A stretch of DNA of 37,412 nucleotides from a virus (taxonomy: Duplodnaviria; Caudoviricetes), in IMG/VR virus record IMGVR_UViG_3300035338_000003, positions 1-37,412 of that record; one strand, 5' to 3'. This document shows positions 9,278 through 18,867 of this stretch, piece after piece. The translations under genes were made by a program, and so were the position numbers. Positions within the stretch are counted from its first letter, which is position 1, and each line of letters starts with the position of its first letter. The notes under the pieces were generated by a model. That model was not told the origin of the DNA and did no database searches. It saw only the letters and a program-made list of their open reading frames with translations.

Positions 9278-9736
9278 ATGGCAGACAGCATCCGCGAAAA
9301 GATCATTCAGCGCATCATGACGGCGCTTGCGGCCATCACCGTGGCGAACGGCTACAACACGGGGTGCGGCGCGCACGTCCATCGCGGCAAGCGCGGATTC
9401 AGCGACGCAAGCGACTTTCCCGCCGTGGTGGTGTTCCCGCAGGTCGAGACAAGCAGCAAGACGCAGTACGGCACCGACGCCCACGTGATGCCCGTAGAGA
9501 TCAACGCGGCGCTGATCTACGGAGGTACGTCACCTTCCGTACTGGGCGAGCAGGCCCTTGCCGACATCATCAAGGCCATGGGAGTAGACCCAACCCTGAA
9601 TGACCTTGCATCATCCGTCACCTACGCGGGAGGCGGCATCGACGAGTATCCCGACGAGGCGATGCAGGCCGTTGTCGTCGTCGCATCTTTTGAAGTCGCA
9701 TACGAGACCCGGCGGGGCGACCCGTACAACCAATAA
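9278..9736 (+). CDS. Tail terminator protein
   Basis: SIREKIIQRIMTAL.AIT.ANGY.T motif; directly before the tail tube gene. Confidence 0.75.
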   Translation: MADSIREKIIQRIMTALAAITVANGYNTGCGAHVHRGKRGFSDASDFPAVVVFPQVETSSKTQYGTDAHVMPVEINAALIYGGTSPSVLGEQALADIIKAMGVDPTLNDLASSVTYAGGGIDEYPDEAMQAVVVVASFEVAYETRRGDPYNQ

Positions 9737-9756
9737 GCAGGCAAGGAGACAAGACC

Positions 9757-10740
9757 ATGCCCAGCGCACGTTCTGCTGACAACGCCGCCCTCTTCTACGA
9801 GGCCGGGCAGGAGTTCAGCGCCATGGCCGCCCTGACCGACAGCGGCGACCACACGACCTTTACCAGCGCCGCAGACCTGTGGTCCGGCGAATCCGGTTTC
9901 GACGCCGTGGTGCGCCCCAACGGGCTTGTCACGGGCGGGGCCATCACGCCCAAGGCGGGCACCAACAACGCGGTCAGCGTGGCGGCCCTGACGTGCTACC
10001 TGGCTGGCGTGCTTACCAGCGTGGCGGCTGGTGACGTGACCGCGACGCGCGGCACGACCAACGGTTACCGCATCACCTCCATCACCGTGGATTCGTCCGG
10101 CGCGCTCGCCGCCGTGGCGGGCACCGAGTCCACCGCGTTCTCGGCCACCCGTGGCGCGGCTGGTGGCCCCCCGTTGATCCCGGTCGGGTCCATCGAAATC
10201 GGCCAGGTACGTCTGACCAGCACGACCGCCGCAGTGGTGGCCGAGGCCGAAATCCGCTCCGTCATCGGCGACACCGTGGAGCGCTACGACTACCCTCTGT
10301 TCGACATCAACTACCGCGAGGGCAGCGTTGAGTTCGTCAGCGCCCTGCCGCTGATCCACACCGGCAGCGTTCCCAAGAAGGTCTATGCCGAATACTACGA
10401 GCCGGTGTTCGCGGAAATCTCCAACGCCTTCGACTACGTGCCGCCCGAAGAGTCCTACAGCACCACCTCGACGGCGGTGTACGGCGGGGCCGTCTCGGCC
10501 ACGTCGGCATCGCTGGGGCAAGGCTCGTTCTCGGCCATGTTGCAGGACGGCATCACCGACCCCATCGTGTCCAAGAAGGGCAAGGTGCTCTGGTTCAAGT
10601 TTTTCCCCGACCGCTTGCGCGCGCCCTACCAATTGGCGCAGGGCAAGCTGGGCATTTCCCGCACCTTCCCGGCGTCGGGGAACATCCAGGGCGCGTTCAC
10701 CATCAACGCCAGCGAAGCGGCGAAGGAAGTCGCTGAATAA
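9757..10740 (+). CDS. Major tail (tube) protein
   Basis: AAGGAG RBS, strong codon bias, Ala/Thr/Ser-rich, precedes chaperone and tape measure. Confidence 0.8.
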   Translation: MPSARSADNAALFYEAGQEFSAMAALTDSGDHTTFTSAADLWSGESGFDAVVRPNGLVTGGAITPKAGTNNAVSVAALTCYLAGVLTSVAAGDVTATRGTTNGYRITSITVDSSGALAAVAGTESTAFSATRGAAGGPPLIPVGSIEIGQVRLTSTTAAVVAEAEIRSVIGDTVERYDYPLFDINYREGSVEFVSALPLIHTGSVPKKVYAEYYEPVFAEISNAFDYVPPEESYSTTSTAVYGGAVSATSASLGQGSFSAMLQDGITDPIVSKKGKVLWFKFFPDRLRAPYQLAQGKLGISRTFPASGNIQGAFTINASEAAKEVAE

Positions 10741-11219
10741 TGGCGCGCAAGCCTGCTGACGGGTTCGACCTCAAGGGGTTCATGAAGGCCGACTTCACGC
10801 CCCGTGAAGAAGAGGTGAGAATCCCCGAACTGGCGGGCTTTTTCCCCGAAGGGGCCGACCCGGTTTTCCGGGTCCGGTCCCTTACCGGGGAGGAGCTTGC
10901 CCGCGTGCAAGAGGCGGCGCAGCGCAACCGCGACCTTGCGGCACTCGCTGCCGGGCTGCTGTCCGGTTCCGACGCCGAGCGCGTGGCCTCACTGCGCGAA
11001 GCGCTGGGCGTCGGTGACAAGGTGCCCGACGACATGGCGAAGCGCATGGCGATGGTCGAATACGGCTGCGTATCCCCGAAGCTGGATATGCAGGCTGTCA
11101 TCAAGCTGTTCCGCGTGCTGCCCGTGGACATGTACGGCCTCGCAACCAAAATCAGCACGCTGACCGGTGCCGGGCATGTGCCGGGAAAAGCGAAGCCCTC
11201 TGGCGACGCGACGACGTAA
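10740..11219 (+). CDS. Tail assembly chaperone (gpG-like)
   Basis: Between tail tube and tape measure; slippery G GGA AAA near its 3' end. Confidence 0.85.
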   Translation: MARKPADGFDLKGFMKADFTPREEEVRIPELAGFFPEGADPVFRVRSLTGEELARVQEAAQRNRDLAALAAGLLSGSDAERVASLREALGVGDKVPDDMAKRMAMVEYGCVSPKLDMQAVIKLFRVLPVDMYGLATKISTLTGAGHVPGKAKPSGDATT

Positions 11220-11362
11220 GGGCCTCGCTCGCACTCGCGCACCAGCAGGGCGGGTATCTGTACCAGACAAGGCCCGACCTGTTCCCTCAAGGTTTCCTGA
11301 CGCACACGGAATTGGAGTTGTGGTCCCGATGGTACGAAGAGCAGAATTCCCGCAGGGGGTAG
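11183..11362 (+). CDS. -1 frameshift extension of the chaperone (gpGT-like)
   Basis: The -1 frame from G GGA AAA reads GKSEALWRRDDVRASLALAHQQGGYLYQTRPDLFPQGFLTHTELELWSRWYEEQNSRRG and stops 3 nt before the tape measure gene. Confidence 0.85.
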   Translation, partial: GKSEALWRRDDVRASLALAHQQGGYLYQTRPDLFPQGFLTHTELELWSRWYEEQNSRRG

Positions 11363-11365
11363 CCC

Positions 11366-14053
11366 GTGGCTGACGCACAGCGCACCGTCGAGATCATCTT
11401 CAACGGCGTGGACAACATGTCCAAGGCCGTGGATTCCGTGAGCAACCGCATCAGCGGATTCACCGACTCTCTGCAAGGCGTGACCACGCCGGTTGCCGAT
11501 TTCACCAAGGGTGTGCTGGCGACCGAAGCTGCCATTGCCACGCTGGTGGCCGGAGGCTTCGCGCTTGCCATCAACGCAGCCGGGCAGTTTGGCGACTCGT
11601 TCAACGAGATCCGCACCATCATCAGCGGCACCGACGAAGAGGTGGGTGCGTTCAAGGACAACATCCTCGACTACGCGCGCACTTCCGGCAGCGGGTTGGC
11701 CGACATCAACAAGGCCATCTACAACGCGATTTCGTCGGGCGTGGACTACAAGGATGCGCTGTCCGGGCTGGCTGTGGCCGAAAAGCTGGCCGTGGCCGGG
11801 CAGGCGGACCTGAACGGGTCGTATGACCTGCTGACCTCCACGCTTAACGCCTACGGTGCCAAGATCGAGGACGCATCGCGCTACAGCGACGTGTTTTTCA
11901 AAACCGTCGAGCTTGGCAAGACGACGATTCCCGAACTGGCCGCGTCGCTGGCCCAGGTCACCGGCCTTGCCGCGACAGCCGGTGTGCCCATTGAGACGTT
12001 GGGCGCGGCCATCGCTGCGCTGACGGCCACGGGTTTGCCCACGTCGCAGGCGATTACCGGCATCAAGCAAGCCCTCCAGTCCATCATCAAGCCCAGCACC
12101 GAAGCCGAGAAGATGGCGCAGGCTCTCGGCATCCAGTTCAACGCCGCCGCGCTCAAGTCGAAGGGCCTCGACGGCGTGCTTAAGGATGTGCAGCGCAGCA
12201 CCGGCGGGAACACCGCCAAGATGGCTGAACTGTTCGGCAGCGTCGATGCACTCAACAGCGTGCTCATTCTCACCGGCAAGGGTGCCGACCGCTTCAAAGG
12301 CGCGCTTGACGCCATGAAGAACAGCGCAGGGGCGACGGAAACGGCCTATGCCAAGATGGCCGACAACTTTTCCAAGTCGAACCAGAACCTTGCCAACAAC
12401 CTTGAAGTCACGCTTGTGCAGGTCGGCGAGCCGCTGCTTGCACAGTACGGCAAGACGGCGCGCGCCCTGGGTGAGGTGTTCGCGGGGGTGGGATTCGGCC
12501 TCAAGGAAGGCGCGTTCGACGAAATTTTCGCCGCCATCAACAGCTTCGGTAAGGACGCAGAGGCGCTGTTCAAGGCTGTCGCCAAGGCCCTTCCTGAGGC
12601 GCTGACGCAGGTTGACTTTACCGGGGCCATAGACGCCTTCGGAGATGTGGGCGCGGCCATTGAGAAACTGTTCATCGCGATGTTCTCCGATGTGGACATC
12701 ACCACGCCGGACGGCCTTGCGTCCGTCATTCAGAAACTCGTGGATGGCGTCGAAGCCCTCACTCGCGTCACGGCTGGCGTGCTCACCTCGTGGGAACCTT
12801 TCGTGCGCAAGCTTGCCGAGGCCATCGACAGGTTCACAGACCTTGACGACGCCACGCAGTCCAGTATCGGCGAGTTTATGGGCTTCACTACCGCTCTGGA
12901 TTCCCTGCTCGGCGTGGTCGGCGGGCTCAACAACGTGCTCGACCTGCTTTCCGGCATCCTGGGGCTGAAACTCGCGCGCGACACCTACGCCGCGATCTCT
13001 GCCATCAGCAGCATGACCGGCGCGAGTAGCGCGCTCGGCACGGCCCTTGCCGCTGTGTCCGGCCCGCTTGGACTCGTGGTATCCGGGGTCGCCGCATTCG
13101 GCGGCGGATACGCCCTAGGCACGGCCATGTACAACAACTCGGAGGCCGTCCGCACTTTTGGTGATGCGCTGGGCGAGGCAGTGTACCGCCTGCTCAACTG
13201 GAACGACACCAGTGAGGACGACTTGCGCCTGTCCTTGGAACGCGTGAAGGCGTCCGAGGAAATGGTGCGCAAGGCCAAAGAGGTGACCGCAGCCGTCACC
13301 GAGGTGCCGAACGACGTTGACGTGGAGTTCAGCGCCAAGTCGGTGACCTTTTTTACCGCCGCAGTTGACGACGCCGAAAAGCAGATAGAATCACTGCCCG
13401 ACGAGAAAGTGGTCGAGGTCAAGGCGGATGCGGACACCACTGCCATCGCCACGACAAATAAGGCGCTGGACACCATCCCCAAGGTCAAGGGCGTGGATAT
13501 CACCGTTGGGCAAGACGGTGTGCTCGCCATCAAAGGTGTTGGCCAGGCTGTTGAGGCGATCCCCGACCAGAAGAAAATCGACATGTCGGTCGATCAGGTC
13601 GCCATCGCCAAGATCAAGAGCGACGCGGACATCATCCAGTCTGCGCTTGAGATCAAGGGCAAGATCGAGGTCGCGGGCATCGAGGCTGAAACCGAGCGCA
13701 TCAAGTCTGCCTTCGATTCGATCAACACCTCCATCGAATCGACAGGCGACGTCATCACCGATCTACTCAAGGGCTTCGGCTCGCTCGACACCTTCGAGAA
13801 GAACTACATTGAAGGGCAGGTCAAGGCGGAGAATGCCCGGCGCGACAAGGCGCTTGCGCTCCAGGAAGAGCTTGTGTCCTCGCAAATCGCCATCAACAAG
13901 GCGCGGGCCAACGCCTACGCTGGGGGCATGCAAACGATCAGCATCAGCGCGGACGGACTTGCGCCCGAACTTGAGGCCATCATGTTCAAGATTCTTGAGC
14001 GCATCCAGTTGCGCGTGGCGGCAGAGCAATCAGAATTCCTGCTGGGCATCTAG
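11366..14053 (+). CDS. Tail tape measure protein (TP901-type core)
   Basis: 895 aa, Ala-rich and helical, with SDVFFKTVELGKTTIPELAASL-type motif. Confidence 0.95.
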   Translation: MADAQRTVEIIFNGVDNMSKAVDSVSNRISGFTDSLQGVTTPVADFTKGVLATEAAIATLVAGGFALAINAAGQFGDSFNEIRTIISGTDEEVGAFKDNILDYARTSGSGLADINKAIYNAISSGVDYKDALSGLAVAEKLAVAGQADLNGSYDLLTSTLNAYGAKIEDASRYSDVFFKTVELGKTTIPELAASLAQVTGLAATAGVPIETLGAAIAALTATGLPTSQAITGIKQALQSIIKPSTEAEKMAQALGIQFNAAALKSKGLDGVLKDVQRSTGGNTAKMAELFGSVDALNSVLILTGKGADRFKGALDAMKNSAGATETAYAKMADNFSKSNQNLANNLEVTLVQVGEPLLAQYGKTARALGEVFAGVGFGLKEGAFDEIFAAINSFGKDAEALFKAVAKALPEALTQVDFTGAIDAFGDVGAAIEKLFIAMFSDVDITTPDGLASVIQKLVDGVEALTRVTAGVLTSWEPFVRKLAEAIDRFTDLDDATQSSIGEFMGFTTALDSLLGVVGGLNNVLDLLSGILGLKLARDTYAAISAISSMTGASSALGTALAAVSGPLGLVVSGVAAFGGGYALGTAMYNNSEAVRTFGDALGEAVYRLLNWNDTSEDDLRLSLERVKASEEMVRKAKEVTAAVTEVPNDVDVEFSAKSVTFFTAAVDDAEKQIESLPDEKVVEVKADADTTAIATTNKALDTIPKVKGVDITVGQDGVLAIKGVGQAVEAIPDQKKIDMSVDQVAIAKIKSDADIIQSALEIKGKIEVAGIEAETERIKSAFDSINTSIESTGDVITDLLKGFGSLDTFEKNYIEGQVKAENARRDKALALQEELVSSQIAINKARANAYAGGMQTISISADGLAPELEAIMFKILERIQLRVAAEQSEFLLGI

Positions 14054-14061
14054 GAGGCCGC

Positions 14062-14421
14062 ATGCAGATCGCCCTTGCCTCGCAACTTTTTTCCCTGACC
14101 GGTGCCGTTCTGCTGCGCCATCTGCATGAGGACAGCGACTTGCGCAGTTGGTCGCGCCGCGTGTCCCGCGTGGCGACGCTCGATGGCGGGGCGCACTTCA
14201 ACGATACGGGGTTCACGCATGCAGACCGCACCTTGCGGGTTGTCATGTCGTCCAGCGATCTGACGCAGGAGCAAGACGCGGCTTTGCGCGTGCTACTGCG
14301 GGACTACGCGCTTATCACCGTCGTGACCGAAGAGGGCGCGTTCAGCGCCGCGCCGGAAGGATTCAGCGACGCAGGCGGTTCGATCTCGTTCAACCTGCTG
14401 GTCAAGGAGGCCCTGTCGTGA
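14062..14421 (+). CDS. Distal tail protein candidate
   Basis: GGAGG RBS, immediately after tape measure, RRVSRVATLDGG motif. Confidence 0.65.
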   Translation: MQIALASQLFSLTGAVLLRHLHEDSDLRSWSRRVSRVATLDGGAHFNDTGFTHADRTLRVVMSSSDLTQEQDAALRVLLRDYALITVVTEEGAFSAAPEGFSDAGGSISFNLLVKEALS

Positions 14422-14858
14422 GCGACGCCCTTTCTTCGACGCCGTACACCGCCGGTATCCTGGCCCTGTTTGATGGTGCCGTGAATTGGGAGGCCGACAC
14501 CATCAAGGTCGCTCTCGTCAAGAACACCTACACGCCAAGCGCCGAGCATGAAGCGTTCGCAGGTACAATATCCACGCACGAGGCGTCAGGCGCAGGCTAC
14601 ACTGCTGGCGGGGCCACGCTCGCCAACTGCGCACGCACGGTCACAGGCGGCGTGATCAAGTATACCGCTGACACCCTGTTGTGGGAGTCGCTGAACATTT
14701 CGGATGTGCTCTATGCCGTGGTGTGGGCTGACGACGGGGCCGACGGTATCCCCTTGGTATGCATCGCCCTCGCAGCGTCCGTGCTCTCGACCACGAGCGA
14801 AGGCTTGCAACTCTGGTGGAACGCGGCGGGCATCCTATTCCTTGGGCCAGCGGCATGA
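14418..14858 (+). CDS. Tail tip protein
   Basis: AAGGAGG RBS and GTG start; DTIKVALV and GYTAGGATL motifs common in minor tail proteins. Confidence 0.75.
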   Translation: MSDALSSTPYTAGILALFDGAVNWEADTIKVALVKNTYTPSAEHEAFAGTISTHEASGAGYTAGGATLANCARTVTGGVIKYTADTLLWESLNISDVLYAVVWADDGADGIPLVCIALAASVLSTTSEGLQLWWNAAGILFLGPAA

Positions 14859-15496
14859 CCACTTTTTCAATCAGCATACCGGCTGCGGAATTGGCGTATT
14901 CCGCCCCTGTCCCGGCCTACGAGATCGTCATCCGCGTCAACGCGCAGACGCAGGTTGTCTACGTGCTCGACCTCGTGCGCCCGAACGGCACAAAAACCCG
15001 TGTGCCCATGACGTCTTTTCAGAGCCGCCACAGCGCGGGAAACACGCCGTGGCTTGCCGCCTACGTGCCTGGCGGGATGGATACCTTCCTCGGCCTCGCG
15101 GACCACCTCGACGGCCAGAGTGTCATGGTCGTCAGCAAGGGCTACCTCTATGCCGACGGTTCCGCGTCCGCTGAAACGGAAATCGCCCGCGCGGCCCTGA
15201 CCACGCCCACCCTGTCGCAGGGTACGCGCAACAGCACGCTGACGGTCTCCGGGTACGGCGCCTCTGTGTCGAACAACACCCCGCGCGACGTCCAGCCGGT
15301 TGGCGCGCAGATTTTCGACTACGGCACCAGCAGCCTTCGCATGCGTGCGTCCGCTGAAACCGTGGCCAGGCCCGGCGACCGGCTGAACATTGGCACGACG
15401 AGCACACCACAATGGGTGACGCTGACCGGCTGTGAGTATGTGGTGACAACGGAACTGCAATACGTCGACCTCACCGTGGAGATTCCGGGTGGGTAA
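14855..15496 (+). CDS. Tail tip or hub protein
   Basis: ATGA coupling; beta-rich; RPGD motif near the C-terminus. Confidence 0.65.
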   Translation: MTTFSISIPAAELAYSAPVPAYEIVIRVNAQTQVVYVLDLVRPNGTKTRVPMTSFQSRHSAGNTPWLAAYVPGGMDTFLGLADHLDGQSVMVVSKGYLYADGSASAETEIARAALTTPTLSQGTRNSTLTVSGYGASVSNNTPRDVQPVGAQIFDYGTSSLRMRASAETVARPGDRLNIGTTSTPQWVTLTGCEYVVTTELQYVDLTVEIPGG

Positions 15497-17219
15497 GGGC
15501 ACAGTCCTGTCGCACTTGGGCAACGGCCTCTACTCCGTGCGGATGCGGCTTGACGTTTGGCGCATCCAGAACCGGCGCACCCAACTAACGGGCGAGATTG
15601 CCCGCCTTGATGCCGCGCTGGTCACTCTTTCCGAAGCGCGGGCGACAGCATACGCGGACATGCTTGCTGCCGAAGACTACCTGAACGCGGCGATCGGTGG
15701 AGATGCTGAGGTTGTGCAGGCTCGTGAGAAGCTTGTGCGCGACGCCAAGGCGGCGTCTCTCGCAGCAGAGAACGAATACACCTACGCTACGAATCAGCGC
15801 GCATCAGCAGCCCTTGAGCTCTCTCGGCTCGAAGACTTGCCCGACTATCGCGACATGGAGTGTTGGTGCGCCGACTGGACAGGCGACCTTGCCGGGGACG
15901 TGGGCACCGTCGAGATAGGCAACACGACGGACGGGCCAGACATCCAGATCAGGCCAGGCTACGGCAATCAGGCCACCTATTCGCAGGCACGCGACGGGAC
16001 AGTGCAGCCTGTGCTGGCCGGGACTCCTGCGGCTGTGTTCTACAACGCCGCCATGCGCCCAGGTGTTGAAAAGTGGCGACCGCAGTATGCCCATGCCCGC
16101 ATCACGGCCAAGGACGACGACACCGGGCTCTGCACAATCGAAATCACTGACGGGCCGCACGCTGGCTCCGTGCACAGCAGCGTGGCTGTAAGCTACATGA
16201 CGTGCGGCGCGCTGGTGTTTGTAATCGAAGACCGCGTGCTGGTGCAGTTTGACGGACGCAGCCCTGACTCGCCTGTAATTATCGGGTTTGAAACAAACCC
16301 GCGACCGTGCGTGTCTGTTTGCCTGTACATCAACGGTCTGTATTCCAATATCGGTGATGTGTCCGGCGGGTGGCTTGAATTCTACGATGCGTGGGTCGAG
16401 AAAATGACCGCGTGGAATACCTACTACCAGCAGTGGAGCGGGTATTATCAGGCTTGGAGCCAGTTCTATTACACACTGCCTGCTGAAATGCAGGGTCAGT
16501 ATGCCGATACGTTTTTTGAAATAGTCGAACCGCGATGGGAGGACATGACGGAGCAGCAGACTCCGCTACAAGAGGCGTGGAGCATTGTTTCGTTTTTCAA
16601 CGACAATTACACGCTTGCCTTCCTTGGTACCATTTCTTACAGGCCGGACAAGCCGAACGTCACGACAGAACAGGGAAGTAGCACGCTGGAGACATTTTCA
16701 GCGTGCATCCCCGGTGGCGTGAGCGAGAATGAAGCGCCAGAATACGGCGCGCTGGTGTCGCCTGGGTACGTGTTCCGCTATCTTCTCGGCGAGCCGCGCA
16801 TGGGTGCCAAGATCAAGGTGTGGTGGAACCCCGTCGCAGACGAGTGCGGGATCGTGCTCACCGATGTGTGGGCCGAAAAGCTGGAGAGCGACAGCGGAGA
16901 CAACCCGATCCAGGGACACGACGTTTATCTCGACGACACGCTGATCGGCACGCGCACACCGACCGGCGTTGACCTGAACAGCCACTACATTGTTGCCAAC
17001 CAGTCGCACCACGTTGCCCGCGTCATGACGCATTTGCGCATGCCGTCCGTGCCAACGGGCACAGTCCCTGACGTGGACTGGACAGAGGTTCAGGTGCCGG
17101 ACTTTGGGGCGAACACCCCCCCGGCGGCCTACGTCGAATCAGTCGGGACAACCGATCTGACCGTCTTCGGGTGCAGTTTTAACGTGTACGTGGAGAAACT
17201 GCCGGTGGACGAGGAATAA
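15489..17219 (+). CDS. Tail tip or receptor-binding protein candidate
   Basis: Last structural gene, 576 aa, with N-terminal coiled coil, WCAD motif and aromatic/acidic C-terminal half. Confidence 0.65.
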   Translation: MGKGTVLSHLGNGLYSVRMRLDVWRIQNRRTQLTGEIARLDAALVTLSEARATAYADMLAAEDYLNAAIGGDAEVVQAREKLVRDAKAASLAAENEYTYATNQRASAALELSRLEDLPDYRDMECWCADWTGDLAGDVGTVEIGNTTDGPDIQIRPGYGNQATYSQARDGTVQPVLAGTPAAVFYNAAMRPGVEKWRPQYAHARITAKDDDTGLCTIEITDGPHAGSVHSSVAVSYMTCGALVFVIEDRVLVQFDGRSPDSPVIIGFETNPRPCVSVCLYINGLYSNIGDVSGGWLEFYDAWVEKMTAWNTYYQQWSGYYQAWSQFYYTLPAEMQGQYADTFFEIVEPRWEDMTEQQTPLQEAWSIVSFFNDNYTLAFLGTISYRPDKPNVTTEQGSSTLETFSACIPGGVSENEAPEYGALVSPGYVFRYLLGEPRMGAKIKVWWNPVADECGIVLTDVWAEKLESDSGDNPIQGHDVYLDDTLIGTRTPTGVDLNSHYIVANQSHHVARVMTHLRMPSVPTGTVPDVDWTEVQVPDFGANTPPAAYVESVGTTDLTVFGCSFNVYVEKLPVDEE

Positions 17220-17223
17220 TAGC

Positions 17224-17246
17224 AAGGCCCCCTTCCGGGGGCTTTT
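17224..17246. terminator. Rho-independent terminator of the late operon (possibly bidirectional)
   Basis: AAGGCCCCC-TTCC-GGGGGCTTTT between convergent genes. Confidence 0.85.
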
Positions 17247-17446
17247 CATTGCTGCGCCATCGCGGCCCGCACCGCGCTTTGCACCTGTTCCGCCACGCGC
17301 TTGGCGACCAGCCACGCCCTGTCCGCGCCGTGCGCGCATAGCTCCCGGTCCATCGCGTCAAGCGTGACCGAGTATACCCGCTCCGGCACGCGCACGTCCG
17401 CCACCTCGTCGTTGCCGCTCGTGCGGCTCGTGATCGTGATGCTCAT
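17246..17446 (-). CDS. Hypothetical protein (66 aa)
   Basis: GGAG RBS; stop lies at the terminator. Confidence 0.6.
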   Translation of the reverse strand: MSITITSRTSGNDEVADVRVPERVYSVTLDAMDRELCAHGADRAWLVAKRVAEQVQSAVRAAMAQQ

Positions 17447-17473
17447 TTTGGCGTCTCCGGTGGGCGTCCGGGC

Positions 17474-17691
17474 GGCTCACTCGCGACTCACTTTTACGAG
17501 GTGAATCAACCGTGATTTTCGCGTCTCCCCGCTGACCAACAGCCTTGAATATCAGGAACTTGGCGGCTTGTTTTCGGCCTTTTAAGCAGAGAGTCGCAGG
17601 TTCGAGACCCGCACGACCCACCAATGATTACACTGTTTTACGGGCCACCTAGTGTGAGGCTGCCAGGCTTGACTCACTCGGTGGCTCACTT
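17474..17691 (+). repeat. Integrase arm-type sites GRCTCACTY (17474-82, 17485-93, 17671-79, 17683-91)
   Basis: Two tandem pairs of a 9-bp direct repeat flank the att core. Confidence 0.75.
17577..17623 (+). other. attP: attP core = 3' half of tRNA-Lys(TTT)
   Basis: GC-CT-TTT-AA-GCAGAGAGTCGCAGGTTCGAGACCCGCACGACCCACCA gives anticodon loop, T arm, acceptor strand and CCA. No 5' half is present. Lies ~25 bp from the int stop. Confidence 0.92.
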
Positions 17692-18698
17692 TTTGGCCCG
17701 CCGAACACCCCATCCAGCGACGCCCTGACCCCTCGCAGCGATGCGAGGTAGTGCGATGTCGTCACCGCCGACTTGTGGCGCAGGATGGCCTGGATCACCG
17801 ACAGAGCCACACCTGCGCCGTCCAGCATCGAAGCCGTCAGATGGCGGATGGCGTGATAGGAAAACCGGCGCACACCGGCCCTGTCGCACAGCTTCACCAC
17901 CACGTCGTTGCCGTATTCCCACGCGCGCCCGCGCCCGCTGACAAAAACGCTACCGAGTAGGCCCGTGACCAACCGGTGTCGGGTGAGCACCTCGTGCAGT
18001 TCGTCGGTCATGGGGATGATGTCGGACTCAAGCCCGCCCTTGCGTTTGCGCGTCCACAGGCGAATACGCCGGTTGGTCAGGTCAACGTCTTCCCACCGCA
18101 TGCGGAACAGTTCGCCCCGGCGCGCCCCGGTGTGCAGCGCTGTCATCAGCAGGGCCTGCACGCCGGGCGATGCCGCTGCGTACACACGCCAGAACTCTTC
18201 GGGCGTCGGCACGTGCTTGGCGTGTTGCTCTTCCTTGTACCGCTCCACTCGCCACGGGCAAGGCGCGTCGAGGCCCAGAGAGCGGATGCCCCAGTTGTAC
18301 GCCGCGACGATGTTTTTGCGCCGCCGGTTGGCCTGCGCCCCGCTGACGCGCCTTGCCACGCCGTCAAGGTGGGCCTCTACCATGGCGTAGCTCACGCGCT
18401 TGACGGGCAGCGACGGGCGCACGTCGGCCAGCAGTTCGCGAAAGGCGAGTTGCTTTTCACCGTAGGTCTTTTCCGCCATCCCCCGCGCTTGCACGTGGTC
18501 CAGGTACGCCGTGAAGAGCGCCGCCAAGGATACCGTGTCGGTCTGCGACAGGTCCGGCGTGGTCAGCCTTACCGTTTCTTCCCACGCCACGGCTTCGCGC
18601 CATGTGGTGCACCGTTGCTCTCGGTGCTTCCCGCTGGGTAGTTTCACCCTCCCGTAGATTACCGGCGTCCCGCGCCGGTCCTTCCTCGTTACTGGCAT
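17649..18698 (-). CDS. int: Tyrosine integrase
   Basis: HTGARRGE (R), YHAIRH (HxxR), LRHKS..TT.HY (H, Y). Confidence 0.96.
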   Translation of the reverse strand: MPVTRKDRRGTPVIYGRVKLPSGKHREQRCTTWREAVAWEETVRLTTPDLSQTDTVSLAALFTAYLDHVQARGMAEKTYGEKQLAFRELLADVRPSLPVKRVSYAMVEAHLDGVARRVSGAQANRRRKNIVAAYNWGIRSLGLDAPCPWRVERYKEEQHAKHVPTPEEFWRVYAAASPGVQALLMTALHTGARRGELFRMRWEDVDLTNRRIRLWTRKRKGGLESDIIPMTDELHEVLTRHRLVTGLLGSVFVSGRGRAWEYGNDVVVKLCDRAGVRRFSYHAIRHLTASMLDGAGVALSVIQAILRHKSAVTTSHYLASLRGVRASLDGVFGGPKSEPPSESSLAASH

Positions 18699-18867
18699 CT
18701 GTCCTCCATTGCAGGGCGCGCTCTACGTTGGCAGAGTAGAACAGCCACGCGCGCCCGCGCTTGATGCCGCCAAGCTCCTTGGCGTGCGCATACAGCCTTT
18801 TGACGGTCCAGCCAAGGGACGCGGCGAGGTCTTCGGGGGGGATGAGCGGGCCGAGGGCGGTGAGCAT
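18457..18867 (-). CDS. xis: Excisionase-like HTH protein
   Basis: PEDLAASLGWTVKRLY...GGIKRGRAWLF winged HTH immediately upstream of int; its tail overlaps int out of frame. Confidence 0.7.
   Translation of the reverse strand: MLTALGPLIPPEDLAASLGWTVKRLYAHAKELGGIKRGRAWLFYSANVERALQWRTDASNEEGPARDAGNLREGETTQREAPRATVHHMARSRGVGRNGKADHAGPVADRHGILGGALHGVPGPRASAGDGGKDLR

Noticed and set aside
10703-12070. 455-aa antisense ORF over chaperone and tape measure (likewise 3294-4523, 21131-22519, 24568-25662)
   Set aside because: Mirror frames of well-supported genes in high-GC DNA
14062-17219. Diversity-generating retroelement or invertible tail-fibre switch
   Set aside because: No reverse transcriptase, invertase, TR/VR pair or inverted crossover sites were seen
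17540-17623. Complete tRNA-Lys gene
   Set aside because: No D arm or 5' acceptor strand; only the 3' half is present, as expected for attP
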